Part shown: piece after piece, positions 1 to 13,144 of the stretch
Numbering within the stretch: position 1 is the stretch's first letter
How the letters are laid out: every line of letters starts with the position of its first letter
Assembly: GCF_021869535.1 (NCBI RefSeq)
Contig: NW_026262593.1
Span: 44,640,001 to 44,704,000 of the forward strand
Direction of reading: 5' to 3'
Length of the DNA stretch: 64,000 nt
Origin: Mytilus californianus
Taxonomy: Eukaryota
Notes under the pieces: model-generated
Databases searched by the model: none
What the model saw: only the letters and a program-made list of their open reading frames with translations
What the model was told of the DNA's origin: nothing
Position numbers and translations under genes: made by a program

Positions 1-41
1 TGAATTATAGAACTTCAAGAGCAACAAAAGGGCCACAGTGA
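1..41 (+). CDS. 3' end of the last coding exon of an upstream paralog of the SUEL-like membrane receptor family
   Basis: Reads (V)NYRTSRATKGPQ* with TGA at 39-41, matching gene C's end VNYRTSKAT*. About 900 bp of 3' flank aligns by eye with 38735-39600. Confidence 0.7.
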   Translation, partial: NYRTSRATKGPQ

Positions 42-2578
42 CTGTAATGAAGTATCTAGAAACAACGATTGTAATGATTTGCTAATTCAACCTTTACATG
101 GAGTTTGTAACAAATAAATAACTTGCATTAAAACAATGAGGTTTATATGGATATTATTTCAAAATCATATAAATTAACTTCCATACGACGGATGTAGTCA
201 CTGGTTTTACATAAAATGTTCACCCTTCCAGAGAACCTTTAGTCTTTTTCTAAAGGTTAATGTTGATTTGTAGTGTTTTTATGATGTTGTTGCTTGTTTT
301 TTTTAATTTTTCAACAAGCCGGTTTTTTTTCTGTCTGTAACGGTTTTGTATATCCTAGTAAAAAACTACTTTACGAACGTTCATATTAGTCAAACATTAA
401 GGCAAGAGAATTTGCACGAACTGTGTGTACAAGTAAGCGTGAGACAAGACAAGAGACATATATTAATCTAATTGTATTATGGTTTTATACAAAATTTATC
501 AGTTTTGACACAAGGAGTGCAATTCGTTGAAGAATTTCTGACCCTTACGTAGCATAAGGATTTTAATGAGGATGCTGATGTTGTTCAATGTTTCATATAC
601 TATTTAGTGTTGTGCTGACTATTTTTTATCCATTCGTATTTTCTTTCCCTTAAACAAAAATATAAATATGGCTTTTTTTAACGACTATTTTGGAAATTCA
701 AAATTGACGAAAACTAGATATGAGCCATGTCAATGCATTACACGATTCTTTTATTTAACGTGAGTAGAAGTAGAATAAAAGAACCTTTCTGTTATAATAG
801 TATTAAGATATCTAAAATGTACCACTTTCAACTGTGTACAAATAAATATTGAAGTTTAATAATTCCAATATTTTTTCTTTATTTTTCAAATACAACTAGT
901 ACTCGAAATACATATGAAGATATTGTCGTCGTCTATCTGTATCTAACTTTAATGAAGTTGTACATTCCATAGATCTATACATGCCTATTAATTACTTTTA
1001 CGTTAACTTTGTAATCCTTATATTGAGCTCATAAGAAGTTATTTAATTGTAAAAATACCATGCACATTTTAGTGCAGAACACTTAGTTTACATGTTAGTA
1101 GGTATGACATGTTTTATGATGTATATTCACATACTTCTGTGAAGAAATTAACCTTCTAGATTATGTTGTAAATACAATTGTCATTATAGTGAATAAAATG
1201 TTTATTAAAAGTGGAAATATTGAGATTACCTCAAAATATGATAAAAATTGATAAAAGCTATTCATCCATATTGGTATTATAAAAGTAAATACTTGTCATT
1301 TAGAATAAAAATAAATAGATAAATTGATAAATATTTGTCATTACATGTATTTATCTCGGTACTCTCTCGGAAGATGGAAGAAAACAATTACTGTCTTTTG
1401 TTTCGATTAATATGTGGTTTAATTAACTTAGGAAAAAACTGATATTTACTTCGGCCGTTGGCCTCAGTAAATATTGGTTTTTCCAAAGTCAACACAACCA
1501 CATATTTACCTCATCAAAAGACAGTATTTGTGTATAATGATAACCGTAATCTATTGTTTGATAATCATCTATCAAAATTTGTGCATTAAGTCATACGTTG
1601 GGGTTTTGAAAGTGTTGAACAAGTACACATTCCAGTTTGAAGAAATTCAGCGCTCCATACAAAATATTCTCTCTGAAACACTTTTTATTCACAATAAAAT
1701 CACAAAAAAAGCATTCATTTCTTTAGATGGTCATGAAAGTATCATTATAGATAGTTTAATAGTAGCATTATATAAGTATTTTGTTTTCTACTATAGTTCT
1801 TGCAAACTGAGAGCTGCTTTACATAACTAATTGTTAAAATTACATATAACAGCATATGAATTGTATTGCATTTTGTAATCTTTTGTAAAATGCTATTTAT
1901 ACAATATCCATTAGGAGAAAAAGTGATAGTTATTGATATACTTTCAATTATTTGTATTCGTTAATAATGTTACAAAGGCAACAGTAGTATACAGATCTTC
2001 AATAAATATAAGTCGATAAAACAGATACGGGTAACAAACTAAAATCGAGGAAAACACATCAAGTATAATAGGAAAACAACGGAACAACAGAAACACAGAA
2101 CTACAACGAAAGAAAACGCCAACATACACAGAAACAGACTGTAGATAACAACTGCAATATTCCTGACTTGGTACAGGACATTTTAAGAACAGAATGGTGG
2201 GTTGAACCTGGTTATAGGGCTAGCCACACCTCCCGCTTATATGACAATGTTAAAAATACGGCTAAAATGACAACACTTCGTTACAGGAAAACAACAAACA
2301 CACATACGCAATAACACTTAACACATTAATATTATAGTACATTACAACATGTAAACCGCAGAATAACAACGAACACCTCCCATGAATTTACGACAGCCCA
2401 TCAGGACACCGTAAACGAAATATAAATTTCGCGTCACAGGAATAAATCAAAAATCTAAATTTTTTGTGACATTTATATTATCACAGGTAAATTTCTAAAA
2501 ATAAAATAGATTTGTTTTTTTTATAGGCACGTACAAAAATACTTGACAGTTTAACATTCTATTTTTCTATACATCTAT

Positions 2579-2836
2579 AAGAAATGAACGTGAACCAAGA
2601 TCAAACCTGATGCCTCAAAGAAATAATCTCACATATGATGATGATCACAGGTTATGAAATCCAAATACATATCAGATTTCAGTTTTAAATCCCGGATACA
2701 GCAAACCATTGTTATACACAGCAGATGCAGCTAGCGATAATAACTGTGATCTACCATCATACAAAGAAGATGTCGGAAACATATTCTTACAAACTAGCAG
2801 GTATGCTGTAGATCACCAAAAGCATCGAATGTGTAA
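2579..2836 (+). pseudogene. Orphan dead copy of the cytoplasmic-tail exon (exon 6) of the receptor family
   Basis: Translates RNEREPRSNLMPQRNNLTYDDDHRL*NPNTYQISVLNPGYSK...DLPSYKEDVGN. In-frame TGA at 2655-2657; acceptor CTAG mutated to CTAT; no upstream exons seen. Confidence 0.75.
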
Positions 2837-2989
2837 CAGTGATTGTGTTCTAGTATCAAGAAAAAAACCCAATATTTTTATGATTTGCTTATATAAGTTT
2901 GTCATGGAAATTTTAATCAATTAATGCTCTGCATTTAGATATATGAGAGGTTTATTGGGTTAATATTTGAACATGTGACCTAACGAAGT

Positions 2990-3245
2990 AGACTTATCAA
3001 TGGGTTTTATACTACATGAGTACAACGACGGTACCATATGTGGAACAGTATCTGCTTACCATCCTGGGCGCCTAGGATCACCCGGGTTTGGTGAAGTTGC
3101 TGCTGCTCAGTCTTAGTTTTCTATGTTGTGTTATGTGTATTCTTGTTTGTCTGTTGTCTTTTTCTTTTTAAGCTATGACGTCGTCAGTTTATTTTCCGAC
3201 CTATGATGAGTTTGAATGTCACTTTGGTATTTTTTGCATCTCTTT
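2990..3245. mobile_element. Dispersed repeat family 4 (GAGCACCTGAGATCACC...GAGTTTGAATGTCCCTTTGGTATC)
   Basis: Copies or fragments at 4850-5040, 6350-6400, 25490-25860, 27190-27360, 28545-28730 and 48420-48600 (inverted). Confidence 0.7.
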
Positions 3246-3629
3246 TGTCAATCATTTAGATAAACGTTGACACGACATTTACTAGTAAAATTGCTGTAGA
3301 AACTGCGTACCTTTCCAATGGGCATGCTGGTTTGTTTCGGTTATTTTGTGGTATATTTATTCTTGTTCATCCTTGTTCTGATATTTTGTAGATATCTCGA
3401 ATATTCCACCTGATACTGCTGATAAAGAAATGTTTGCCTATGGTTCAACATCGCCTAAAAAATATACTTTAAACTTAGTCATTTATGGCAATTAACTATT
3501 CTTTAAGGTTATTTTTGTTAAAATTGGCTGAACTTCACCTATGCTACAAATTAAAGCGCTAAATGATGAAATTCATCAAATCTGACAAACAGTTGTATTT
3601 TTGAGGTTGAGGTTGAGGTTTGGCTCGCC

Positions 3630-3880
3630 ACAAAACCAGGTTCAACCCACCATTGTTTTCTTAAAATGTCCTGTACCAAGTCAGGAAAATGGCCATTGTT
3701 ATATTATAGTTTGTTTCTGTGTGTGTTGCATTTTAGTATTGAGTTTCTGTTATGTCGTTGTTATCCTCTTATATTTGATTTGTTTCCCTCAGTTTTTGTT
3801 TGTAACCCGGATTTGTTTTTTTCTCAATCAATTTATGAATTTCGAATAGCGGTATACTACTGTTGCCTTTATGTATTTAA
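3630..3880. mobile_element. Dispersed repeat family 3 (...GTAACCCGGATTTG...GTATACTACTGTTGCCTTTA)
   Basis: Copies at 1970-2255 (inverted), 5370-5505, 18045-18140 (inside gene B exon 2) and 47130-47425. Confidence 0.8.
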
Positions 3881-5514
3881 CTATATCAACTAACAAAAGA
3901 ATTAAAAAACAGCTATCATATTCCTGACTTGGTAAATACCTTTTTGGTATGAAAATGACTGCTAAATCTTGGTTTTATAGCTAGCTAAACCTGCTATTTG
4001 TATGACATTTATTTATAGTTTATAGTTTTTATTGAGCAACCCAAAGAGACATAGTTGGTAAACTTGACAATAAATGGGATCCACCATACAACACAACTGA
4101 CTTAAACATTAAAACAAACATATAAATGCGTATGGCATGTAGAGGTATGGTAGTTGTCCCCCTTCATTTTTGTAAAACTATTTACTGTCCCAATTATTTT
4201 GTAAATTATCATGATTGAGTTAAAAGTGAGAAAATTGAAATGAACATAAAACCTGATACAAAACTGAAATACTACTTTCTTAATTTGGGGCAACGAAAGA
4301 ACCTTTCATGATCTATCTTCAACCGGAATGTTCAAATCTCGAACAATTGAGTGAAGGGAGCCTAAATGCTTATGCAATCGTTTCAATTGATAACATTAAG
4401 ATAGATAGATGAATACAGGGTTTTAAATATTTTTTACCGTTTGGCAAAATTGGGACATAATTCAGACGTTATATTTTATGTCTTCTTTGTATAAATCCCA
4501 ATTTATATATTTACCTGCCTTTGGCTGCTACTTAATTGTCATCAACTAATTTCATCGAGATGATTACGTATCAAATGGCTCTATAGCGTATAAAGGTAAC
4601 AGTACGTTGTTTTGCTGTTATGGTATTAAAAGAGCAGATATTCCATACAATATCATTTGACTTATTGAACCCTTTTGTAATATATCAAGAGCAAATAAAT
4701 GAGATGTCTATGCTAATTGTTTTATTTCTTGTTCATACCACTCAATTTCCAACTAACTTAATTCAATCATCTATATGTGCATTGTGATTTGGACATAAAA
4801 GAATGCGATTAATCATATGTTTATTTGCAAATTATTACACAACAGTGGCACATGTAGAACAGAAACCATTCCGGAGCACCTGATTTCACTGTTTTTGATC
4901 GGGTTCGTGTTGATCAATCTTTGGTTTGCTGTGTAATGTTTTGTTATTACTGTTTGTCGTTCGTCGTCATTTATTAGCTATAGTGTTGTCTGTTTTTGTT
5001 TAATAGAAAAATATTGATTGCTCTTTTGGTATCTTATTTCTCCTTTTGTCCACGTGGTTTAATATTTAACAAAAATTAGGAACTAATATTTACAATTTTT
5101 TGGTCGTCCAACTGTCTGTATCACTTCGCTCAGGTCTTTATAAAATTGCATAGCACGGCTTTGTGACGTCAAATATATTGATCCGGCCTTAATTATTTCG
5201 ACCCGGGTATATCAGCGACGTCATAATGTATGAAGCCATTTTTTGGTTTGCTGTTGAAACAAAGAAAACACTGAAACAAAGAAAACTACTTGTTTTTATA
5301 TCATTGAAAATACACAAATATAGCCTGACAAAACGATTATATGTTTAATTGTTGGCGTTTGGTTTTGTAACAGTTTAGTGTTTTTTTTGTTCCGTTGTTT
5401 TGCTCTTATAGTTGATGTGTTTCCATCAGTTTTGGTTTGTGACCCGGATTTATTTCAGTTTAATCGATTTATGACTAGTGAACAGCAGTATACTACTATT
5501 GCCTTCAATTATCT

Positions 5515-5655
5515 GGTTATCTGCATATAATGTAAAATATAAGCTGCTCGACACAATTTGAAGACTTTTTGAACTCGTTCGCTGCGCTCACTCGACAAAA
5601 AGCTTGATATTGTGACTCGTAGCTGATATTTAACAATATCCATATGCAGACAACC
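5515..5655. repeat. Imperfect palindromic (MITE-like) element
   Basis: GGTTATCTGCATAT/ATATGCAGACAACC outer arms, nested inner arms around TCGCTGCGCTCACTCG. Confidence 0.6.
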
Positions 5656-7859
5656 TGAAAATCGGTATATTTTCGTCATTGAAACAGGTTTTATTAATAT
5701 GTAAAAAAAAAATCTCTGTATTTTTTTGTAAATTGTCGTTTTTTCTTTTCATATTTCATTTCGTTAGGCTTTAAAATATTTGTACTTATCATATGGGGTT
5801 TTAATGCTCATTCTTATCGTAGATTATTGTTGTTCTCTGTTTGGTTTTATTTCATAAAATTTTGCTATGTTTGGATTCCATAGATTTTGATGTTTCATTC
5901 AATCCTTACCCTGATAAATTTTTGTGTTTTATTTCGTCTTTTCTCATCCTTTTTAATATAGTTGTTTGAATAGTTTGGCAGCAATGGGACAACCGGAATA
6001 TATACATAATTTATCAGGGATGTACTACACTGTTATGACATTCATAACTGTAATTTTACTGTGATATTAATATCTAGCTATTGTAACTAATGAAAATTAG
6101 TCTTGCATTTGTTTCATTTAAAACGATAACATAAATATTCGACGCATTCCTTTTTCTTTTGAAGTGTTCCGTGAACCAAAGAAGAACTTTAATTTTAGAT
6201 ACATATTGTCTTGCTAATATTTTACTAGGTCTACTCCTTTTTAAGTTAATTCAATCTCTCAGTATGTATTAGTCACATAATTTATCTCTTACACATGTAC
6301 TGCTCAATCTATGAGTTTTTAACTGTATTTTATTCCATTATTTTGCCGAGCAAGATCTGCTTACCGTTCTGATGCACCTGTGATCATCTCCGGTTTTCGG
6401 TAGATTTAAGAACCCAACAAAAAGATCAAAATTCATCTTTTTTTTCGTATTTGAATGTTCCGAAATCAATCAAAGTCATAATATACCTGCACAAGTTGAT
6501 TTCTATCCGACACATGCATGCGCTGCTGATATGAAAAATGAATAAATAAAACTCTCAAGTTTTGTTAAAATGGATGTTTTGTGACTTTGTTTGATTAGTA
6601 TCATATGAGGCATTCTACAAATTCAACAGATCTATGGAGAATTAGAAGTCTACTTCAAAGGATAATAAAATATTCCAGGTAAGTTAATGAAGACCTTTTG
6701 CAAAATGAAAGATATTTCTCTCTTCACCGAAAAAGAAGCTGGTAATGATCAGATTACTAGGTGATTTATCACTCGAGCAATTTAACAGCTTGTCACGTTT
6801 TAATATGATACGAAATATCGTCTTCTTTTTATGTGTTTTTATTTCATTCCGGATTTGGTTCTCTCCCCTCTCTTTTTCTTCTCTAAAAAGGAGCTGCTAG
6901 TAGTCTCCAAACTTGATATAATAAGTAGTTATTCAAATAACTAGAGACGTTTTGTCAATAGTAAATGCAATGCTTATCGAGCGTGTCAATCGTATTAAGT
7001 CAATAATTCGCTATATATGCCATCTTTGTCGAGGATTTAATTAAGAAATGAACACAAGTTTTCATACTTGACATATTTTAATATAATCACTGAATCAAAA
7101 TCATATATATGTTGTTGCATTTAACACATTACGACTATCATAATAAGTTCTATTCACTTTTGAGTTTAAATAATCAAGAATGAGCATCATCATAATTTTA
7201 TTTAAACTTGCAGTTGGTGTATGTCTGTTCCCGTTTCCTCTTAGTTCATAAGATATTGCATACTTTTTGAAAATGTCTATATATATGTTGTCAGTCATAA
7301 TTGTGTTTCTAGATCGAAGAATGAACATTTTGGTTAAAACTTCCGTAGATGAAGATAGGTTGTCATTTACTGGAATGTTTGAAGCAGGGGTATATGTTAT
7401 TTCACTAATCAGTCGTATATGTTACAAAAAAAAAAAAAAATAAAAAATGAATGAACAATATTTCCAGAGCATAATTCTTTTAATTTTTTTTTTTTTAAGT
7501 AATTATGAAGGATTTCCGAAAAATTGTCCTAAATGTTAAGCAATTGTGATTTCACAAAGTTCCACTTCTGACCTTTATTCACAATTTTCAAATTCACCAC
7601 TTTACCACAGGCTTAAACCGAAAAAACATTACTGTAATATTTATCTTAAAAATATGACCAAATCAGCTGTGAGGTCAGTCCATTTAAATTTTTATATTTA
7701 CCTTTCTTGTCAACACACTATGACACATGTTTTTACTTTAAAATTCTAATATAGGTTAAGTTTACGCCTATTAGTTAGAAAACGGATATGAATGTCAGAA
7801 TATTGATGTATGTACAAACAAATAGATACACACATTTAGATGATAGTAAAGACTTCAAA

Positions 7860-10800
7860 ATGGTGACAACAACATTATATTTGTTGTTTGCTACGATGCT
7901 GTTCGCACAAGGTGTTACAAGTCAACGTCTCTTAAAAAGTAAGCAATAACTTGTTATCTTCTTTCATAAAAATATTTTTTATTGATTGATTTCTGTTACA
8001 AACCAGCGTGTTTACCAATATTTTTTGGAGAAGAAATCCAGATTAGATAACTTTTGAACCAAAATATCTGCAAACCGTTTGTTTTGTTGTGATAAATAAA
8101 TGTAAAAAAATGAATAAAAAAAACTGATTTTTAACTGTTTTATGTTCCTTTTGTTAAATCTTTAAATACTGGAAGTTACTTACAGTCCTTTTTGATTATT
8201 TAACTGTTTCAGTTTTTATACGTCCTTGGCTTTCAAATATTTGGGATTGAGCGTTCCTGATCAAGGTTAATCCAAAAAGCGCTTTGGACGCATGGAATTT
8301 ATAAAGTGTTCTATCCAGGGCTTTTTAAAGATTAACTTTGCATTTGATAATGTAAAGTGCATATATGAATTAGGTGCCATGATTTAATATACTTTGTTCT
8401 TTTACATTATCTGAATCCCACAGTTTCGGTAGCGCTCTTCTTTTGTCTTTTGTTTTAAATGTAGTCTTTTGTAAACTGTTATTTGTCTTTTTTTTTCACA
8501 GTGTCGTATATCTTTCGTCGACAGATGTGATTTGACAGCTCAAATTTGTTGTCTCAACCTCAAGGCATAATTTATTAGAAACTTCCTGAAATTCCTTAAA
8601 TTTTCCATTTCTAAATTTAGAAATCATGAAGAAACTAAGGTTTCAACTTATATAAAAATAAGGAGATGTGGTATGATTGCCAATGAGACAACTATCCACC
8701 AAAGTTCAAATGAAGAAGATGTAAGCAATTATAGGCAACCCTACGGCCTTCAACAATGAGAAAAAACCCATACCGTATGGTCGGCTACAAAAGGCCCCGA
8801 CATGAAAAATATGAAACAATTCAATGGAGAAAACTAACGGCCTAATTTATAACAAAACAGTTTACGAAAAACAAATATGACAGACATGAACCAACGACAA
8901 CCACTGAATTACAGGCTCCTGACTTGGGACAGGCACATAAAGAATGCGGCGGATTTAACATGTTCGTGAGCGCTCAACCCTCCCCTAACCTGGGACAGTG
9001 GTGTCACAGTACAACATAAGAATAAACTATAAAAATCAGTTGAAAAAGGCTTGTCGTATATAGATTTGGCTATTATGTTTATGACTTTTTTGGTCATTAG
9101 CTCTTCAACTGTTTCGGTTCTTATATGTCACTTGATTTATAAATATTCCACTCTGAGCGTTCTTGTTGAAGTTAAATCAAGAAAAGAGCTTGTTTTCATT
9201 TTTTCAAGAACGATTGGTACCACAAAATTTCACTGTACGATAAAAACCTTAATTATTGTTTAGCACAAAACAAATTTTTCTGGAATAAAATTCACATGGT
9301 GAGTCCAAACGGTAAGAAAGCTTAATAATAAAAAAAAAACAACATATGGTAGCACCAGCCCCCCCCCCCCCCCAAAAAAAAAAAAATCAATCTGAACAAT
9401 ACAGTCAAAACAGTGTTAGGTCAACTCTGTATTATATTTCATACTCATTTTTTAAAACAACTTTCATACTTTTTTTAATGGAAATTATGATTGTCTACGT
9501 TCAAACATTCATACATGTGTGAGCCAAGGCTCCGTGTTGAAGGCCGTACTTTGACCTATAATTGTTTCCTTTTTACACATTGTGACTTGGATGGAAATTT
9601 GTCTCATTGGCACTCATACCACATCTTCTTATTTATGTTTTCTTGATATAATAAAAAGGGTACATAATTTATTTACTCGAAACTCGTTAGTTTAGAACCC
9701 TTTTTTAATACAATAAAATAAATGATATTTCTTATTCAATAATAAAGAAAAAATTGTCTATTAAAAATAAAGGATCGTCATATTAAAAAATGAAAATAAC
9801 ACTATAAGTTGTATTATTGTATTTACTTATTATGTTTGTTTGTTTTTGTTCACACATTGTTGTCAATATAATGGCATTTATGCGACTGTCATACAAGTGA
9901 GAGGTTTAGCTAGCATAAAAACCAGGTTTAATTCACCTTATTCTACACAAGAATGTACCATGTCAGGAATATGACAGTTGTTTACCATTCGTTTGATGTG
10001 TTTGAGCTTTTTATTTTGCCATTTGATAAGGGACTTTCCGTTTTGAATTTCCTTGGATTTCTGTTTTTTTGTTATTATACTGTTTGTATGCGCTCGAAGC
10101 GCTTTTATTGATTAACTTTCATTAGGCACTCTCAAAACCAAATATTTGAAAGCCAATGATGTATCAGTACATAAACATGTGAAGAGCTGTAGACCAAATG
10201 GACAGGAATAAATAGCCAAATGCATGTATACCTTGCCTGAGTGGGTTAGAACTTTTGTTTCTTAATGATTGACACATTTATAAACGGACAATGCAAATAA
10301 GGTATGTTATAAATCATAATCATAATCATAATCATAAATCGGGTCATTTGAATGCAAAGCTATTTTACAATTCTTATTCATAATTACATTTGTGTTTGTA
10401 GGAAATGTATGTATGTATGACGAAGTTGTCTTAAATTGTCATTACAAACAGTCTATCGTTATAACGGATATTTTATACAGATCCCGGTTGAATATTTTTG
10501 GGAACCGAAGCTCATGTAAAGCCTGGACCCAACCATGGTATGATTGCAAACCCTCCATTTCCTACAAACCTTTACAAAAGCAGTGTATGGGGGAAGATAC
10601 ATGTACAGTAGTTATGGACTACAATCCATGCTCACAAGATCCTTTGTTGTATGCTACTATTTACTATAAATGTACAGGTATGTTTTAATATAATGAGTTC
10701 TTAGAAACTGTAATTGGTAGAAATTATTAAAAGTACAGTTTACCACGCAAATAAAACCAAAAGATCTTTCTTTTAAAAAATGAATTGAAAACTTTGAGCA

Positions 10801-13113
10801 TAGATTTGTCATACATTTTCTATAATATCCACATGTTGTTGAAAATATTATTATAATTTGATATTATATTTTTTTTAAAAACAAAACGTTACTTATATCG
10901 TACTTTCAGTATAAAATAAGGAGATGTTGTATGATTGCCAATTGAACAACAATCCACCAGAGATCAAATGCCGTTGATGGTAGCAACTGTTTTTGTTTGC
11001 TCAAACATACGTTTTGAACCCTTAGGTTACATTACCATATATACTTTAATTTTATTTCAAGAATCCGGATTTGGACCAGCTGATCCCTATCCACTTATCA
11101 AATTCTATGGCAATCGTGTAACGACAACTACATCTATTCGTATGTATATCATTTAAACTTGTGACAAGTACTCAATTTGAAACGTCATTGGTATATTATT
11201 TATAACACAGGTACAATCCGTGCAAACATTTTTTTAATAAACATGGAAGCAACAGTTAGTGATCTTGGCTATTTGATCTTATTGATAGCAAAGGATAGGT
11301 AGACAAGTAAATAATGATGAATTGAAGCAATCTTCATTTATATTTTAGTTTTGTGTTTGTACAAGTCGACAAAACATTACAACATTTGATTGTTTTTTTT
11401 CTTGAACAGTATTATAAAGAATTACTCAACGCTTGTATTATATATGTGTATACATATTATTGAACATCAATACCGTCCTCATTTTGCTTATTTAAGGCAA
11501 CAGTATTGCGAACTATTGCCATTGTTTTCTGCTCATGAATAGCAAGAAATATGAGAATTTACACTTTTAAAGCATGAATTTAAATTGGTTAGTATTTCAT
11601 AATCTTACGTTCTCTGTGTATAATTCATGGCCTATTTTAAACGTTCATCGTATCATTCGACAATGGTGGTGTCTGCTTTTTCCTATTATAAAATAAACAC
11701 AAATGAAATATTTCTTTCATGTGATTCTGTTTTGAAATTCTGTACAATTTACTTCACATCAAATGCTTTTGTTCTGCAAATTTCTTGTCGCTGCTGTTGA
11801 AATTTTAGCGGAAGTATAACAATCGATATTAGACTGTAGGGTGACATTTTGTGTATCTGTTTTATACACATTTTGATACTGTTGGCGATATAGAGCTTAA
11901 CGTGGTTACATTGAAATATTGCGATTACCTAGCTAGAAAACCATGATTATTGAAAACCTGTTAGCTTTTGTAATTTAGATGATATATATTTCTATATTAA
12001 GCTGATATACCAATAGCTTATAAGGACCATAAAAACGACGATGATGACAACGACGACACAAAGGATCAAATCCACAATGACAGTCAAAGCAACAAAGCAT
12101 GTATGTCAACATTTTTATGATAGTTAAAAAAATAAAAACGTAAATAATTATACATGAAAATTATTTTCTTTCATAATGTATGATATAACAAACTTGGTCT
12201 TTTTAAAGCCTAATAATATATTCCTTAATAAAACAGAATTAACTTAAACAACGATCTGAATTGTCATTCACTTAATATGTATATGTTTGTGTGTGTGTGT
12301 CTGTAAAAAAAATCTAGTTTTTCTGAAACTTAAAAGAAGGGAAAACATGCAGGCAACAAAGGTTTGTCGTTGTAGTAGTACGAAGGAAATATAATACATC
12401 TTGTTTCTTCATTTCTATATCATGAATTGAGTATTTTACAAAACTAAAGATACAAGTCCCTCGGAAAAAGATTACCTTATACCAATTTAACAGGTTTTAT
12501 GGGTCTTTCAAACGTTTAGTGTTTTGGCTATTCTCACTTTTGATTTCAAGATTTTTCCAGAAAAATGTGCATCAGTTTTACTCTTTGAGAAACAAATCAT
12601 TTGCACGTTGAAATTTGTAGACAGTTAACATAGGGCCAAAATTAACACTTTTGGAGTTCCACACTTATCTTCAACATAGGCAAATTATTATGCCAATAAG
12701 ATGTGCGTAAAAGTTCAGTTATTTAATTGGTTGGATTGATAGTGCAAGAAATATTTGTATTTCTTACTCCTGGTAAGTTAACTATTGTCTTTTGAATTAC
12801 AATGCACTTGGATTACACAACAATAAACAGACAAATCTTTCAATTCCTTTTAAAGTTTTGTTATGTTTTTCAGTAAAAATTGGACTAGGGACAGCTTTAG
12901 GTATCACATCGATCACAGCGATTATTGCTCTGATTTGCTTTCTAAAGTTTAGGTTAGTCTATTAGATCACTTTTCTTAACTTTTAAACTTTTGCCATTGT
13001 TTGAATTGGAAAGAAGATAGAAATTCCTATTGCTCACAAGAAAAGGTAAAGAAAACAATAATCCCGAACAAAGACAAGTTAACAGAAATTAAAGATTGAA
13101 CAACATGCATCAA

Positions 13114-13144
<31 letters not shown>

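Noticed and set aside
1474-1830. 118-aa ORF
   Set aside because: TTG start, AT-rich low-complexity composition, no motif or splice support.
7101-7328. 75-aa minus-strand ORF that looks faintly protein-like
   Set aside because: No identifiable domain or partner exons; a decayed gene fragment cannot be excluded without a homology search.
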